DNA from: Candidatus Undinarchaeota archaeon
GTDB lineage: Archaea > SpSt-1190 > JASMDC01
Length of the DNA: 64,000 nt
NCBI GenBank assembly: GCA_964519305.1
Contig: CAZFHY010000009.1
Span: 22,229-86,228, forward strand
Direction of reading: 5' to 3'
Shown piece after piece: positions 9,437 to 19,301 of the stretch. Each line of letters begins with the position of its first letter. Within the stretch, counting starts at the first letter, position 1. The translations under genes were made by a program, and so were the position numbers. The notes below the pieces were generated by a model. It saw only the letters and a list, made by a program, of their open reading frames with translations. It searched no databases and was not told the DNA's origin.

Positions 9437-10077
9437 GATACTAACCCCCGTACTGCGTCGATGCGCACCTGTCCTCCGACATGGACCGGATGGGTGAGGT
9501 AGACGCACCCGGTGAAGGGGTCCACCTCGATGGCCGGGTCCGCTGACAGCCACACGTCGCCGTGAGGCGTTCCGGTGGGCGGTAGAGTCGTGATCCGTCT
9601 CCGGACCTCGACCTCCATAGGCCCTCCCGGGTAGTCCTCGCTCACCTGGTCGTCGAGTTCGCGGACCGTCCGCGCGATCAGGTCTGGATCATCGATGCCC
9701 ACCATATCGACCAGCTCAACCTGACGGCGGAAGCGCTCCACGGCCTCAGGTCCTATGTTCTCGATCCGTGGGACAGCACCGGTGGCGTCCTTGATCACGC
9801 CTTCATCATCGATGCCTTCCCTATGAAGGCAGACCATGGCGTTGCCCGAACGATGGCCCACGACCTCGCTCCCGGCCACCACCATGAAACGGATGGCGGT
9901 ATTGGCGATTACATTGACGATGATGCGCTCCAGCCCGAGGTTCTCGGTCTTGCATGAGCCCACGAGGAGAGCCTCGATGTCCGAGAAGCGCTCTTTGTTG
10001 GAACCTACCGTGACGACCACTACCCTGCTGTCCTTCCTGACCTGGATAAAGTCGCCTTTCACGCGCGGCCACGCCAC
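9430..10077 (-). CDS. mtrA-like: MtrA/MtxA-like corrinoid-binding protein, soluble (no C-terminal TM helix)
   Basis: 'WPRVKGDF', 'CKTENLGLERIIVNVIANTAIRFMVVAGSEVVGHRSG' matches the MtrA core, including the cobalt-ligand His context. A TATA-like ttttaaaa lies 21-28 nt upstream on the minus strand (10098-10105). Confidence 0.7.
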   Translation of the reverse strand: MAWPRVKGDFIQVRKDSRVVVVTVGSNKERFSDIEALLVGSCKTENLGLERIIVNVIANTAIRFMVVAGSEVVGHRSGNAMVCLHREGIDDEGVIKDATGAVPRIENIGPEAVERFRRQVELVDMVGIDDPDLIARTVRELDDQVSEDYPGGPMEVEVRRRITTLPPTGTPHGDVWLSADPAIEVDPFTGCVYLTHPVHVGGQVRIDAVRGLVSC

Positions 10078-10114
10078 AAACGTGAAAAACCTTTCGTATT
10101 TTAAAAGCCTTTAC

Positions 10115-10903
10115 ATGGCACGAAGACGACGACGGCTCGGTGCATGGGATAGGGTCAAACGTGTCATCAGATCCTCATATGTTGTGCTCGAAGTGCTCGA
10201 TGCCCGTTCCCCTGACACGACACGATGCCACAAGCTCGAGGGATTCGCCCGCCGACTGCACAAGAGCATCGTTCTCGTCGTGAACAAGACCGACCTCGTG
10301 GATGAAGCTGATGCCAAGGCGACCCAGCGCCGTCTGGCGACCGATCTTCCTTGCGTTCTTGTGTCCGCGAAGTCCGGAAAGGGCAGGAACCGTCTAAAGG
10401 CCCATCTGCGGCCCAAGGCAGGGTCCGATATCCGCGTAGCGGTGTTCGGCTATCCCAATGTCGGTAAGTCGAGCATCATCAACATGCTCACGCGCCGGGG
10501 CAAGGCACGGACGTCACCAGAACCCGGATTCACCAAGGGCGAACAGTGGATCAGGATGGACGAGAACATCCTCCTCCTGGACACTCCAGGAGTGATCCCG
10601 AGGGACGAGGCGGCCGTCGATCTCGCCCTACTAGGTGCTTGGGACATCGACAAGCTCCGCGATCCGGTCCCTGTTGCCTGGAAGCTCATCGAACACCTCA
10701 CCGCCAAGCATCCTGCGGTCATAGTGCACTACGGCGGTGATCCATCCCTTTCCACTCACGAAGTGCTCGAAGCGATCGCGCGTTCCCGTGGACGGCTGCT
10801 CCAAGGCGGGGAGCCGGACGTGGACGAGATGGCCAAGATCCTCGTCCGCGACTGGTACCGTGGCCGCATCGCCAAGATCATCACCGACGAGGACGGGGAT
10901 TGA
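10115..10903 (+). CDS. circularly permuted ribosome-biogenesis GTPase (YlqF/RbgA/YawG family)
   Basis: Permuted G-motif order: NKTD (G4), SAK (G5), GYPNVGKSS (G1), DTPG (G3). I chose ATG 10115 because the upstream part of the track ORF overlaps mtrA antisense. Confidence 0.75.
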   Translation: MARRRRRLGAWDRVKRVIRSSYVVLEVLDARSPDTTRCHKLEGFARRLHKSIVLVVNKTDLVDEADAKATQRRLATDLPCVLVSAKSGKGRNRLKAHLRPKAGSDIRVAVFGYPNVGKSSIINMLTRRGKARTSPEPGFTKGEQWIRMDENILLLDTPGVIPRDEAAVDLALLGAWDIDKLRDPVPVAWKLIEHLTAKHPAVIVHYGGDPSLSTHEVLEAIARSRGRLLQGGEPDVDEMAKILVRDWYRGRIAKIITDEDGD

Positions 10904-10942
10904 ACCCGGGTCTTGCCTCTGGTTTTATATAGGTTCGGTGCC

Positions 10943-11545
10943 ATGTCTAGGATGATGCGTCGTACGCTCGGTAGTTGTCTGGTCGCTCTCGCCCTATTAT
11001 CCGTGCTCGTCACGGCCGGTCCCTGCGACGATGCTGGCGACAAGAACACATGCTGGGTCAACCAGGCGAAGCTCATGGCCAAGACCGATCCACGGGGGGC
11101 CGTGGCCGTGTGCACCGACGAGCTCACCGACATCGACTGGACCGACTGGTGCCTTGCCACCGTGGGACCCGAGATAGCTACGGTGGACCCGGCCCGCGGG
11201 TCCTCTGTTTGCGACATGGTCGAGGACGGCTCGTGGAAGAGCAAATGCCGCTCCAAGGTGGGCGAAGTGCCCGAGCCCGTTGGCCCGCCACCCGATACGA
11301 CAGGGGCGACCTCATATCCCATGCTCGTAGGAGGTCTGTTCGCCCTTGCCCTGCTGGCCGTTGTCAAGTTCAAGCTCATGGCCCACGAGCCTGAGCATCT
11401 AGCCGTTGATGAGGGTGACGAGATGAGCCGTGTGAAGCGGTACGTTGCCGAACAACGCACCCATGGTCACGACGATAATGATATCAGGGCGATGCTCAAG
11501 CGTCACGACTACCCTTCCGATGTGATCGAGAAGGTCCTGAAGTAA
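10943..11545 (+). CDS. single-pass membrane protein with a Cys-containing ectodomain
   Basis: Signal/TM LGSCLVALALLSVLVTAG, several Cys in the ectodomain, TM MLVGGLFALALLAVV, and a charged tail. TATA ttttatata at 10923-10931. The start could instead be ATG 10952/10955 if the mRNA is leaderless. Confidence 0.55.
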   Translation: MSRMMRRTLGSCLVALALLSVLVTAGPCDDAGDKNTCWVNQAKLMAKTDPRGAVAVCTDELTDIDWTDWCLATVGPEIATVDPARGSSVCDMVEDGSWKSKCRSKVGEVPEPVGPPPDTTGATSYPMLVGGLFALALLAVVKFKLMAHEPEHLAVDEGDEMSRVKRYVAEQRTHGHDDNDIRAMLKRHDYPSDVIEKVLK

Positions 11546-11677
11546 GGCCGACGGCCACCATTGAAGGTTTTTTAAAGCTGTGTCAGGATTCGTTCTTGTA
11601 CGGATGCCCGTGCGCTAGTAATACTGCAGGCCATCCATCGACGGTATACCGAACTGAACGTAAAAGGAGCGATTAGA

Positions 11678-12244
11678 ATGGACGTAGAACAAGCCATCCG
11701 GAAGCGACGGTCGTACCGTGCACTGGAGGAGACCGAGATCACGCAACGCCTTATCGATCATCTTGCTGGCGCAGCGCAGCTCGCGCCCTCTTGCTTCAAC
11801 AAGCAGCCGTGGAGGTACGTGTTCGTTCATGAAACGGATACGCTGTTCAGACTGCAGGAATGCCTCTCGCCCGGGAACCATTGGGCTAACGCGGCGAACC
11901 TCATCATCGCCGTGGTGAGCAAGAAAGAACTTGACTGCTCGGTGGAGGGACGGGACTACTACCTATTCGACACGGGCATGGCCACCGGCATCCTCATGCT
12001 GCGCGCGACCGAGCTCGGTCTTGTCGCACATCCGATCGCCGGTTATGACGAGATCAAGGCCAAGAAGGTCCTGGACATCCCCGACGAACTCCAGCTCATC
12101 ACCCTGCTCATCGTAGGCAAGCAATCTAAACGGAACATAGATGCGCTCCCCGACCATCAGCAGGAGTCCGAGCGGACACGACCCGATCGTCTCCCCCTCG
12201 ACAAGATCGCTTTCAAGGACCGGTATCCGGACACTGAGGAATAG
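11678..12244 (+). CDS. nitroreductase-family oxidoreductase
   Basis: 'IRKRRSYRAL', 'APSCFNKQPWRYVFV' and 'DTGMATGILMLRATELGL' are typical of the FMN nitroreductase fold. SD aaggag upstream. The TATA lies about 100 nt upstream, suggesting a long 5' UTR. Confidence 0.75.
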   Translation: MDVEQAIRKRRSYRALEETEITQRLIDHLAGAAQLAPSCFNKQPWRYVFVHETDTLFRLQECLSPGNHWANAANLIIAVVSKKELDCSVEGRDYYLFDTGMATGILMLRATELGLVAHPIAGYDEIKAKKVLDIPDELQLITLLIVGKQSKRNIDALPDHQQESERTRPDRLPLDKIAFKDRYPDTEE

Positions 12245-12324
12245 GACGCCCGTGTAGCCTGTCAGGGCACGGCCTGTGAACGACCCGTAACCGATGCTGG
12301 TCCGTTGCAGGAGCTACTTGATGC

Positions 12325-15300
12325 TCAGTCCCGCCGACGGCCCAAGTAAGCTCCTGCTAGCGCGAGAAGTGTCAGCGACTCAACTACACCCACACCAGGC
12401 GCGGTAACCAGATCGGAACCACCCGTGGAGCCTGACAGGACCACGAGGTTGACGGTGAGAGGTTCTGCGCGTATCTCTTGCGGAACGGTGGCCATCGCCT
12501 CGATAACGAGGCTCGTGGTCCCGACCTTGCCCGCGATTATCGGGATCTGGATGACGCGCTGTTCGCCCTTGGCCAGCTTGTACGTGCACGTCTTGACCCC
12601 TACGTTCTCACCACAGTCAAGGACGACGTTGGTGGTGGCCGAGCCTGAGACGGTGAGCGTCACCGCTATCTCGCCCTCGTAGGGGTTCTGGATGTACACA
12701 GGGTAGAGGTGCATCGCACCCACGGTGAGCGCGAGCGACTTGGGCTGGCCCTCCGGATCGAAGAACGGCAGGTCGTCGACGCACATGGCCCTTAGCGGTG
12801 ACCAGAACCATCCTGACCGGCAGCAACGGCCGACGGCAGTGATGCAGTTGCCTGTGACGCACTCCCAGTTGTACCGACAGGTGCCGATCCGGTATCCGCC
12901 CACCTTCAGGTTCACCTTGAAGGGTATGTTCTGGACCACATCGCGACACTCTGCACCGCTCTCCAGGTCGGGATCGCCCTTACACACGGTCGATGTGATC
13001 TTCACGGTGAAGTCAGTGGGACCCGATACAGGCAGGACCACGTACTTAGAGGCACGGGGTTGGAGTGTCAGGTTGTAGTACACACCGTCCGAGATAGTCA
13101 GCGGCTTGCCTGCCGCGTTGATGACCTGTATAGACACGGGCATCTTGAAGTCCGTGGGGTTCTTGATGAACACCGGCACATCGATGATCTCGCCGGGACC
13201 AGTGGTTATCACGTTGGCCTTCACGTCCTTGGACCGGTCGCACTCGGCCTTGGACTGCTTGCACGCTTCAGAGCTCTCGTCCTCGAAGCAGGCATCGGAG
13301 AAGCACGCGTCCGAGATGGTCGCTTCGAACCCGCCGACGGTGATCGGGATCTTGTTGACCACCTTGTTGGCGAACGTACCATCGCCCACCTGGTTCTTGC
13401 TCTCCACGATGAGCTCGCCCTTCACGGGTCCGCTCACCGGGATGCGCACGATCTTGGTGGTCCGCGCCTCCACGTGGCAGCCGCCGATGGAGGACATGTC
13501 GAGGTCGTTGGAGATCTTCGTGCCATCGTCCTTCTCGTACGCGAACGAGATGGCGCACTCCATCTCCGAGTCGGCGGTGTTGGACACCACGGCCTCGATG
13601 TAGTCCTTGCCGATAGCGGCCTGCTGGATCATCTGGGTGTTCTGGAAGAACACGCCCTGGCTCTCGCCTTCTTGCACGCCCACAGTCTCGCCTGTGGCGA
13701 GCTTGGCGGTGACGAACACCGTCACCTCGCCAACGTTCTCCAGCGCGGCCTCGAGGTCGGCAGGTGCCGTCGGGCACTCACCGGCAACGCAGTGCGCGAT
13801 GCGCACCTTGATGTAGTAGGTCGCGATGCCCTCGCTGGTCACGTTGAACACGTACTGGTTGTCCGTCTCGGCACCAAGGTCCTTGGGCGGATCGGGTAGG
13901 GTCTTGATCGGTGCGTGGTCTGCGTCAAAGATCTCGACCTTAAGGCCGAGCGGATAGGACAGGCGGTTGTCGATACCGTAGTACCGGTTAAGCGTGGTCT
14001 GGGCGTCCTCGAGCGTGTACGTCAGTTCGTCAACGTTCAGCGCGCAAGCATCGTTCTCGCACGTAACGATGAACGCGAGGTTCGCCACGAGCTGTGCCTT
14101 GGCCTCGTCATCTGTCAGGTCATCTTCCGTGACCTCACCTATCTCGATGTCCGTTTCAACGGACGTGGTGATCCACGAGTCGTAGTAGATTAGCTGTGCG
14201 CCAGCGAACACGGCGTACTTGATCTGTAGGTCGGTGATCGAGGTCACTGTGAACTCGACGATCCTCGACTCTCCGGGAGCTATGCCGGAGAGCATTATGG
14301 ATGCCAGCGTCTTGACACCGGTGGAAACGTTGACCTCTACTGAGACCGTGCTGCCGAGCTGGTTGGTGACCTTCAGGTACTTCTTTTTGACCTGGTCGAT
14401 GTTGGTACGCATGCTCAGCACGGGCGGTGGTGAGATACCATCGAGCACGAACTCAGCGTCCGGGACGATACCTTCCACATCGGTGACGTCGGTGAGGCTT
14501 GTCTGTGCCTCGGGAACGGGCGGTAGTGGTGTGTAGCAGTCCGCGGGGCACTTGTTGGGACCGGTCTTCTCGTCCTCCTGACATACACCATCGGGGCAGG
14601 AGGCATCGAGGCAGTCGGCACAGTCGGGGCCCTCGCCCTTCGCGGGCTCGCACTCCCCGTCATTATCGCACGACTCGCACACTCCACAGTCGGACGGGCA
14701 GTTCTCGCAGCTCTCGCCCTGGATCATGTCGCAGACAAGGGTGCCCGTGATCGGGTCGGGGACACCGCACATGTCCGGCAACTGACAATCGTCAGGTGCG
14801 TTCTGCCAGCTCTCCCAATAGTCACAGAAGCCGTCAGCGCACACCGTCTGATCACCGGCCTGCTCGCCGGTCAGACCGCAGCAGTCGGCGGGGCACGTGT
14901 CCGTGGTCTCGCCGCGCTCGGATTGGCAGTTGTGGTCGCCGCAGACGTAGATCGGCGCAAGGCAGTCGCGCGGTAGCGGATCTAGACCCAGCTCGATTAT
15001 ATCGCACACATCGTTGTCCTGACACTCCTGAGGACAGTCCCCGTCGGTCAATGGATCGCACGCACCGTTGTCGCACGTGACCGGGCATGGGCCGCAGTCG
15101 TTGTCGTGGTCGGTGCAGTCCTCGCCCACCTCGCATCCGTTGGCGTCGGGGATGTGGCGTACGACCTCGCACTCCTCGCAGATACCGCAGTTGGCCGCGC
15201 CCCCGCTGACGGTGCAGCACTCGTTGTAGAGGCACTCCGAGATGGGACCGCAATGGCCGGGGAAGCACGGTGATGGACCGCTGGCCAGCGGTTCCATGCA

Positions 15301-18300
15301 CAGCCCGCCATCGTCGGGCGAACAGTAGCCTTCTATGGAGGAATCGTCCTTGAAGAGCCGGCAGTCCGAGCCCGCGCCCAGCCAGCTGATGGTGATCTCC
15401 TTTGTCTCGAATGATCCCTGGGCGTCACGGTCCACCTGCTTGCAGTAGCGTTTTTCGGTGTCACCGGGCAGGGTCCGCGTGTGCGTGTCATCGTCGTAGC
15501 TCGAGCAATCGCACAGGTCCACGTACTTGAACTTCAGGGTGAAGCCGCGGTTGAACGAAGATTGCATGAACTGCCAGGTGTTGCACTCGACCTGGTACAC
15601 GAGGATGCGGTTCTGTCCGGGCCGCAGGGTGTTGGAGACCAGCGGTTCGGCCGAGAGCGTGCAGAAGTTGGACTTCCAGCTGGGATCGGGCTCGTCGTTC
15701 CCGAGATATAGCTGGTTCTCCCGCGGGTCGTAGTTTAGGATGTAGTCGTAGAGGTCGAAGCCGTTCTTGAGGTAGGCGATACCGTCCCCCACGTTGGTGA
15801 GCACTACCCTGATCTTCTGCACAGGCGAGCAGTGGGGCCATTCGTCATACCCGTCCGGTATGGCCGTGGTCACCGTGGCGCTGGACACGACGACGTCGGC
15901 GGAGCGCCATATACCTGTTTGTCGGGTACCCTTGTGCTCGTCGAGCGCGTTGAAGAGCCGCAGTTCGTACTTGGGCCGGGTCATCTGGTCGGGGCCGAAC
16001 GACTCCGTGGGCGTGAAGCTGCAGTCACCCTCGCACGAGGTGGCACCCTCGCCACAGGTACCTGTGGTGATCTGGCATTCCGGTGATGCGCCATCGTACT
16101 CGAACACCTTGTCATCATGATCATCGCCATGACGCAGGGATATCTTGCGCAGCTCGGTGGTGCACTGGCTCGTGAACCTGAAATAGAGCGGATCGCCCTT
16201 GGCGGGGCAGATGTTCAGGTCGAGGTCCACGGGCGGATCGTAGATGGCGATCTGGGGTTTCTGGATCTTGATGTAGAACTCCCCGCACTCGCACCGCTCC
16301 TCGTCGAACGCACAGGTAGTTGGATCGCACGTGATGCTCCCGTCCTCGTCAACGTCCCGGGCTATGAGTATCTTGTGCTGGCCGAAGGGCGTCGATTCGG
16401 GAATCCGGATGGAACAGGTAGCGTCCTTCCTGTACTCCTTTCCCGTGCCAGCGTTACAGGTGCCAAGCTTGCGATCGTCGGCGATGCGGTCCAGGTACAC
16501 GACAGCCTCGGGGCTCGAGCAGGTCACGGTGTAGGAGAAGGTGATGGTCGCTCCCGGGCACAGCTCGGTGATGGGGGGTGCTTCGGTTAGCGTGATCTGG
16601 GGGTCCGCCACTTCGAACCCGAGGTCGGCCTGGCCCATCCGCCAGCCGTCGGCGCCCTTTGCAGAGTTGCACGAACCGAACTTGCAGATGCTGCTCAGAC
16701 CGCTGTCGGAGTACTGGTTGCACCCCCAGGCCCTGTCGCCCTCGCCACCGCAGTCGGGGCACACGAAGTTGCCCTGCGTGTCACAGACACGGGTGGCGGT
16801 GTCCACGTAGATGGTGTAGACACCGGGTGCTCTGGGCCCGAGGTATGTCTTCCCGGTATTGGCCCGGTAGTCGATGTCGTTCCCGGGCGCGTGACCGTAG
16901 CGTCGCCAGACATCGCATGTCTGTCCGTCCGATGCACGCAGGTAGGCGATGGCACCGGGGCTCGAGAGGACCGAGTTGCACGAACTGTCCTTGCACAGCA
17001 TGCACTTACTCGTGGAGAGGTAGTTCTCGGACTTACCGCCCATGTCGATGATAGGCGACTTGTGCGGATCGCACACGGGATTGGACCCGGCGTAATTGAT
17101 ATCACCACACCTCGAGATGCGACCATAGGAGTTGAACGAACCGGTGTTGCGTGCACCGTTCGAGCACACGAGGTTGTACTGGCTCACGGTGACGTAGAAC
17201 TGTAGCGCGTCACCCGGACAGATCTGGTTGCCTGTCCGGTCCGGGTCGATATCCACGTTTATAGCACCGGAGTAGGAGATACCTGTGCTCTGAGTGGCCC
17301 CGACGCTGTGGGTGCAATGTGAACCGGCACAGGTGGCGCCGAGGTTCACCTTGCAGTTACCGTTCTTGCACGTGAACGTCTCATCGGCGTTCTGTCCGGC
17401 GAGCCTGAGCTTCACGGCCTGTGAGCCCGTGGTGGTCTTGGGATTGATGGCAAGACGACACCAGGGGTCCGGGTCCTGTTGTATCGTGGAACCCCCGTTC
17501 TCGAGCGACGTGGGTCCCGGACACGTACCTTGGAGCTTGTCCCCCAAGATCACGTCGAAGTAGGTGCCGGGCGGGTAGCACCGGCTCGCGATATGGAGGT
17601 AGAGCGATGCCGACAGACAGGTGCTGTCAGGGAACACGTACAAATCGATTCCCTTCTGGGCGATATCGAGGGTGACGCTGTCCGAGTCCTCGTAGTACAT
17701 CCCGGACTGGGGCGCTTTTGCGACGATGTTGACCGATGTCTTGCTGAAGTCCGAGGGGAGCTTGAGCTCGACGTACCCGAAGGCGTCCGGGGTCTGGGTC
17801 GCACCTATCTGCAGGTCACCGTCGAACATCTTGACGGCCACATGATTGCTACGGACGACGCCCTGACCCCATTCATCGATGACGCGGACCTTGAACCTCA
17901 CACCTGTGCATCCGCTCGGTGGAAGCTCGGTGACGGTCAACTTGCTGACAAGCTTCAGATCGGTGATGGCCGTGGAGTAACCGTTCTTGAAGGCCACGAT
18001 CTCAAGGTCGCCCACGAAGTAGGCCATGTCGATGATCGCTTCTGCGGCGGAGTCCCAGGTGAACCTGCCTGTAGCGTCCGTGGTCCCTTGGGTCATGATC
18101 GTCTTGGTCTCGGCGTCACGCACCTCGATGTTCGCTTCCGGGACCGGGTCGTTGGAACTGGTCACAACGAAACTGACTGTGCTCTCCGGGTGGATGCTGT
18201 TCACCTCCTGGTCGGAAACGTCAAGGATCTTGACGTCGATGATAGGGATGTCGATGGGGATGAACTGCTCCATCTCCTGGAACGCGCCGAGCTCGTCCTT

Positions 18301-19206
18301 GGCGAAGGCGACAAGGCGGTAGTTGCCGTAGTCGACGTTGTGCAGTTCGCACTCCATGGCGTCACCGTCAACAGAGCACTGATCGATTTTCCCTCCTTCC
18401 GGGTTGTAGAGCGCCAACGTCTTTTCCACGATCTCGTCATCCTCGGGATCGTTCCAAGTGATCGCTATGTCGAACTTCGTTATGGTGTCACCGCCCGAAG
18501 GGATGGTGTGGACCTCGATGCTCGCATCAGCGGCACGGGGGTGGAAGTTGGTGATGGCCAGGCGAGCACCTGTGCTGTCCCACTCATCCTCGCCCGAGTC
18601 GATGAAGATACCGCAGCCCAGGATAGGTGTTCCCAACGGATCGAACCGGAAGTAGAGGAAGTCGTTGTCGATCCGGTCGATGGTCGCCTCGATCCGGTGA
18701 TCGGCCATGGTCATCTCGCATGTATTGGTTATGGCCTCTGACCCGCGGAACTCGAACCATTCGTCACCGTTCTCCGGATCACAGTCCAATGTAGGGTAGT
18801 ATGTATCGCTCGAGCAGAGGGCTACTCGGTACTCGGGAGGTGCCTCACAGTTGGTGGAAGCATAGTACCACAGCTCTGCTTTGTGATTACTGTAAGCCGT
18901 CGTGTTGAACAGCACTCGGACGTACTTGGGGTTCTGGGAAGGATCGTGATGCTGTGGTTCGTTTGTGATGCATGCCTCGTTGCGTGTGAACCGCTTCCAG
19001 AGACAGGGATCATCCTCCTCACCTGAAGCGACAGCGCAGGCCGCGTCGATGATTGCATTGGTCACATTGTCGTCCTCACCGCTCTCGATGAGGACTATGA
19101 GCGTATCCTTTGAGCGGGCCTCACCTCCTTCCCCTACTGCCGGCAGCAGCACGAGAGCCAGGAACACGCATGTAATGAACAGGGCATCTTTTCGATCTAT
19201 CGACAT
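12325..19206 (-). CDS. giant (2293 aa) cell-surface protein with many beta-sandwich domains, an acidic Cys-rich module, and a PGF-CTERM-like anchor
   Basis: Uninterrupted 6.9-kb ORF. Signal peptide ALFITCVFLALVLLPAVGEG. SD ggggaggtag and a TATA upstream. C-terminus 'APGVGVVESLTLLALAGAYLGRRRD'. Confidence 0.85.
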   Translation of the reverse strand: MSIDRKDALFITCVFLALVLLPAVGEGGEARSKDTLIVLIESGEDDNVTNAIIDAACAVASGEEDDPCLWKRFTRNEACITNEPQHHDPSQNPKYVRVLFNTTAYSNHKAELWYYASTNCEAPPEYRVALCSSDTYYPTLDCDPENGDEWFEFRGSEAITNTCEMTMADHRIEATIDRIDNDFLYFRFDPLGTPILGCGIFIDSGEDEWDSTGARLAITNFHPRAADASIEVHTIPSGGDTITKFDIAITWNDPEDDEIVEKTLALYNPEGGKIDQCSVDGDAMECELHNVDYGNYRLVAFAKDELGAFQEMEQFIPIDIPIIDVKILDVSDQEVNSIHPESTVSFVVTSSNDPVPEANIEVRDAETKTIMTQGTTDATGRFTWDSAAEAIIDMAYFVGDLEIVAFKNGYSTAITDLKLVSKLTVTELPPSGCTGVRFKVRVIDEWGQGVVRSNHVAVKMFDGDLQIGATQTPDAFGYVELKLPSDFSKTSVNIVAKAPQSGMYYEDSDSVTLDIAQKGIDLYVFPDSTCLSASLYLHIASRCYPPGTYFDVILGDKLQGTCPGPTSLENGGSTIQQDPDPWCRLAINPKTTTGSQAVKLRLAGQNADETFTCKNGNCKVNLGATCAGSHCTHSVGATQSTGISYSGAINVDIDPDRTGNQICPGDALQFYVTVSQYNLVCSNGARNTGSFNSYGRISRCGDINYAGSNPVCDPHKSPIIDMGGKSENYLSTSKCMLCKDSSCNSVLSSPGAIAYLRASDGQTCDVWRRYGHAPGNDIDYRANTGKTYLGPRAPGVYTIYVDTATRVCDTQGNFVCPDCGGEGDRAWGCNQYSDSGLSSICKFGSCNSAKGADGWRMGQADLGFEVADPQITLTEAPPITELCPGATITFSYTVTCSSPEAVVYLDRIADDRKLGTCNAGTGKEYRKDATCSIRIPESTPFGQHKILIARDVDEDGSITCDPTTCAFDEERCECGEFYIKIQKPQIAIYDPPVDLDLNICPAKGDPLYFRFTSQCTTELRKISLRHGDDHDDKVFEYDGASPECQITTGTCGEGATSCEGDCSFTPTESFGPDQMTRPKYELRLFNALDEHKGTRQTGIWRSADVVVSSATVTTAIPDGYDEWPHCSPVQKIRVVLTNVGDGIAYLKNGFDLYDYILNYDPRENQLYLGNDEPDPSWKSNFCTLSAEPLVSNTLRPGQNRILVYQVECNTWQFMQSSFNRGFTLKFKYVDLCDCSSYDDDTHTRTLPGDTEKRYCKQVDRDAQGSFETKEITISWLGAGSDCRLFKDDSSIEGYCSPDDGGLCMEPLASGPSPCFPGHCGPISECLYNECCTVSGGAANCGICEECEVVRHIPDANGCEVGEDCTDHDNDCGPCPVTCDNGACDPLTDGDCPQECQDNDVCDIIELGLDPLPRDCLAPIYVCGDHNCQSERGETTDTCPADCCGLTGEQAGDQTVCADGFCDYWESWQNAPDDCQLPDMCGVPDPITGTLVCDMIQGESCENCPSDCGVCESCDNDGECEPAKGEGPDCADCLDASCPDGVCQEDEKTGPNKCPADCYTPLPPVPEAQTSLTDVTDVEGIVPDAEFVLDGISPPPVLSMRTNIDQVKKKYLKVTNQLGSTVSVEVNVSTGVKTLASIMLSGIAPGESRIVEFTVTSITDLQIKYAVFAGAQLIYYDSWITTSVETDIEIGEVTEDDLTDDEAKAQLVANLAFIVTCENDACALNVDELTYTLEDAQTTLNRYYGIDNRLSYPLGLKVEIFDADHAPIKTLPDPPKDLGAETDNQYVFNVTSEGIATYYIKVRIAHCVAGECPTAPADLEAALENVGEVTVFVTAKLATGETVGVQEGESQGVFFQNTQMIQQAAIGKDYIEAVVSNTADSEMECAISFAYEKDDGTKISNDLDMSSIGGCHVEARTTKIVRIPVSGPVKGELIVESKNQVGDGTFANKVVNKIPITVGGFEATISDACFSDACFEDESSEACKQSKAECDRSKDVKANVITTGPGEIIDVPVFIKNPTDFKMPVSIQVINAAGKPLTISDGVYYNLTLQPRASKYVVLPVSGPTDFTVKITSTVCKGDPDLESGAECRDVVQNIPFKVNLKVGGYRIGTCRYNWECVTGNCITAVGRCCRSGWFWSPLRAMCVDDLPFFDPEGQPKSLALTVGAMHLYPVYIQNPYEGEIAVTLTVSGSATTNVVLDCGENVGVKTCTYKLAKGEQRVIQIPIIAGKVGTTSLVIEAMATVPQEIRAEPLTVNLVVLSGSTGGSDLVTAPGVGVVESLTLLALAGAYLGRRRD

Positions 19207-19243
19207 AGTTCTACCTCCCCTGCATAATCAGTACGCCGTGTCC

Positions 19244-19252
19244 TTTTTATAG
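19244..19252 (-). promoter_or_regulatory. TATA box (ctataaaaa on the minus strand) for the giant surface-protein gene
   Basis: AT island about 40 nt upstream of ATG 19206, followed by the SD GGGGAGG (19211-19220). Confidence 0.5.
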
Positions 19253-19301
19253 CTTGGGAAAGGTGTACGGGATTGCCAAACCGATCATGGCATGCTCGGA
19301 T

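Noticed and set aside
13060-18741. Several long plus-strand ORFs (13060-13899, 16117-16590, 17479-18741 and others) inside the giant minus-strand gene
   Set aside because: All are antisense to one uninterrupted 6.9-kb ORF that has a signal peptide, SD and anchor. They have repetitive V/D/G/H/L composition and no start context.
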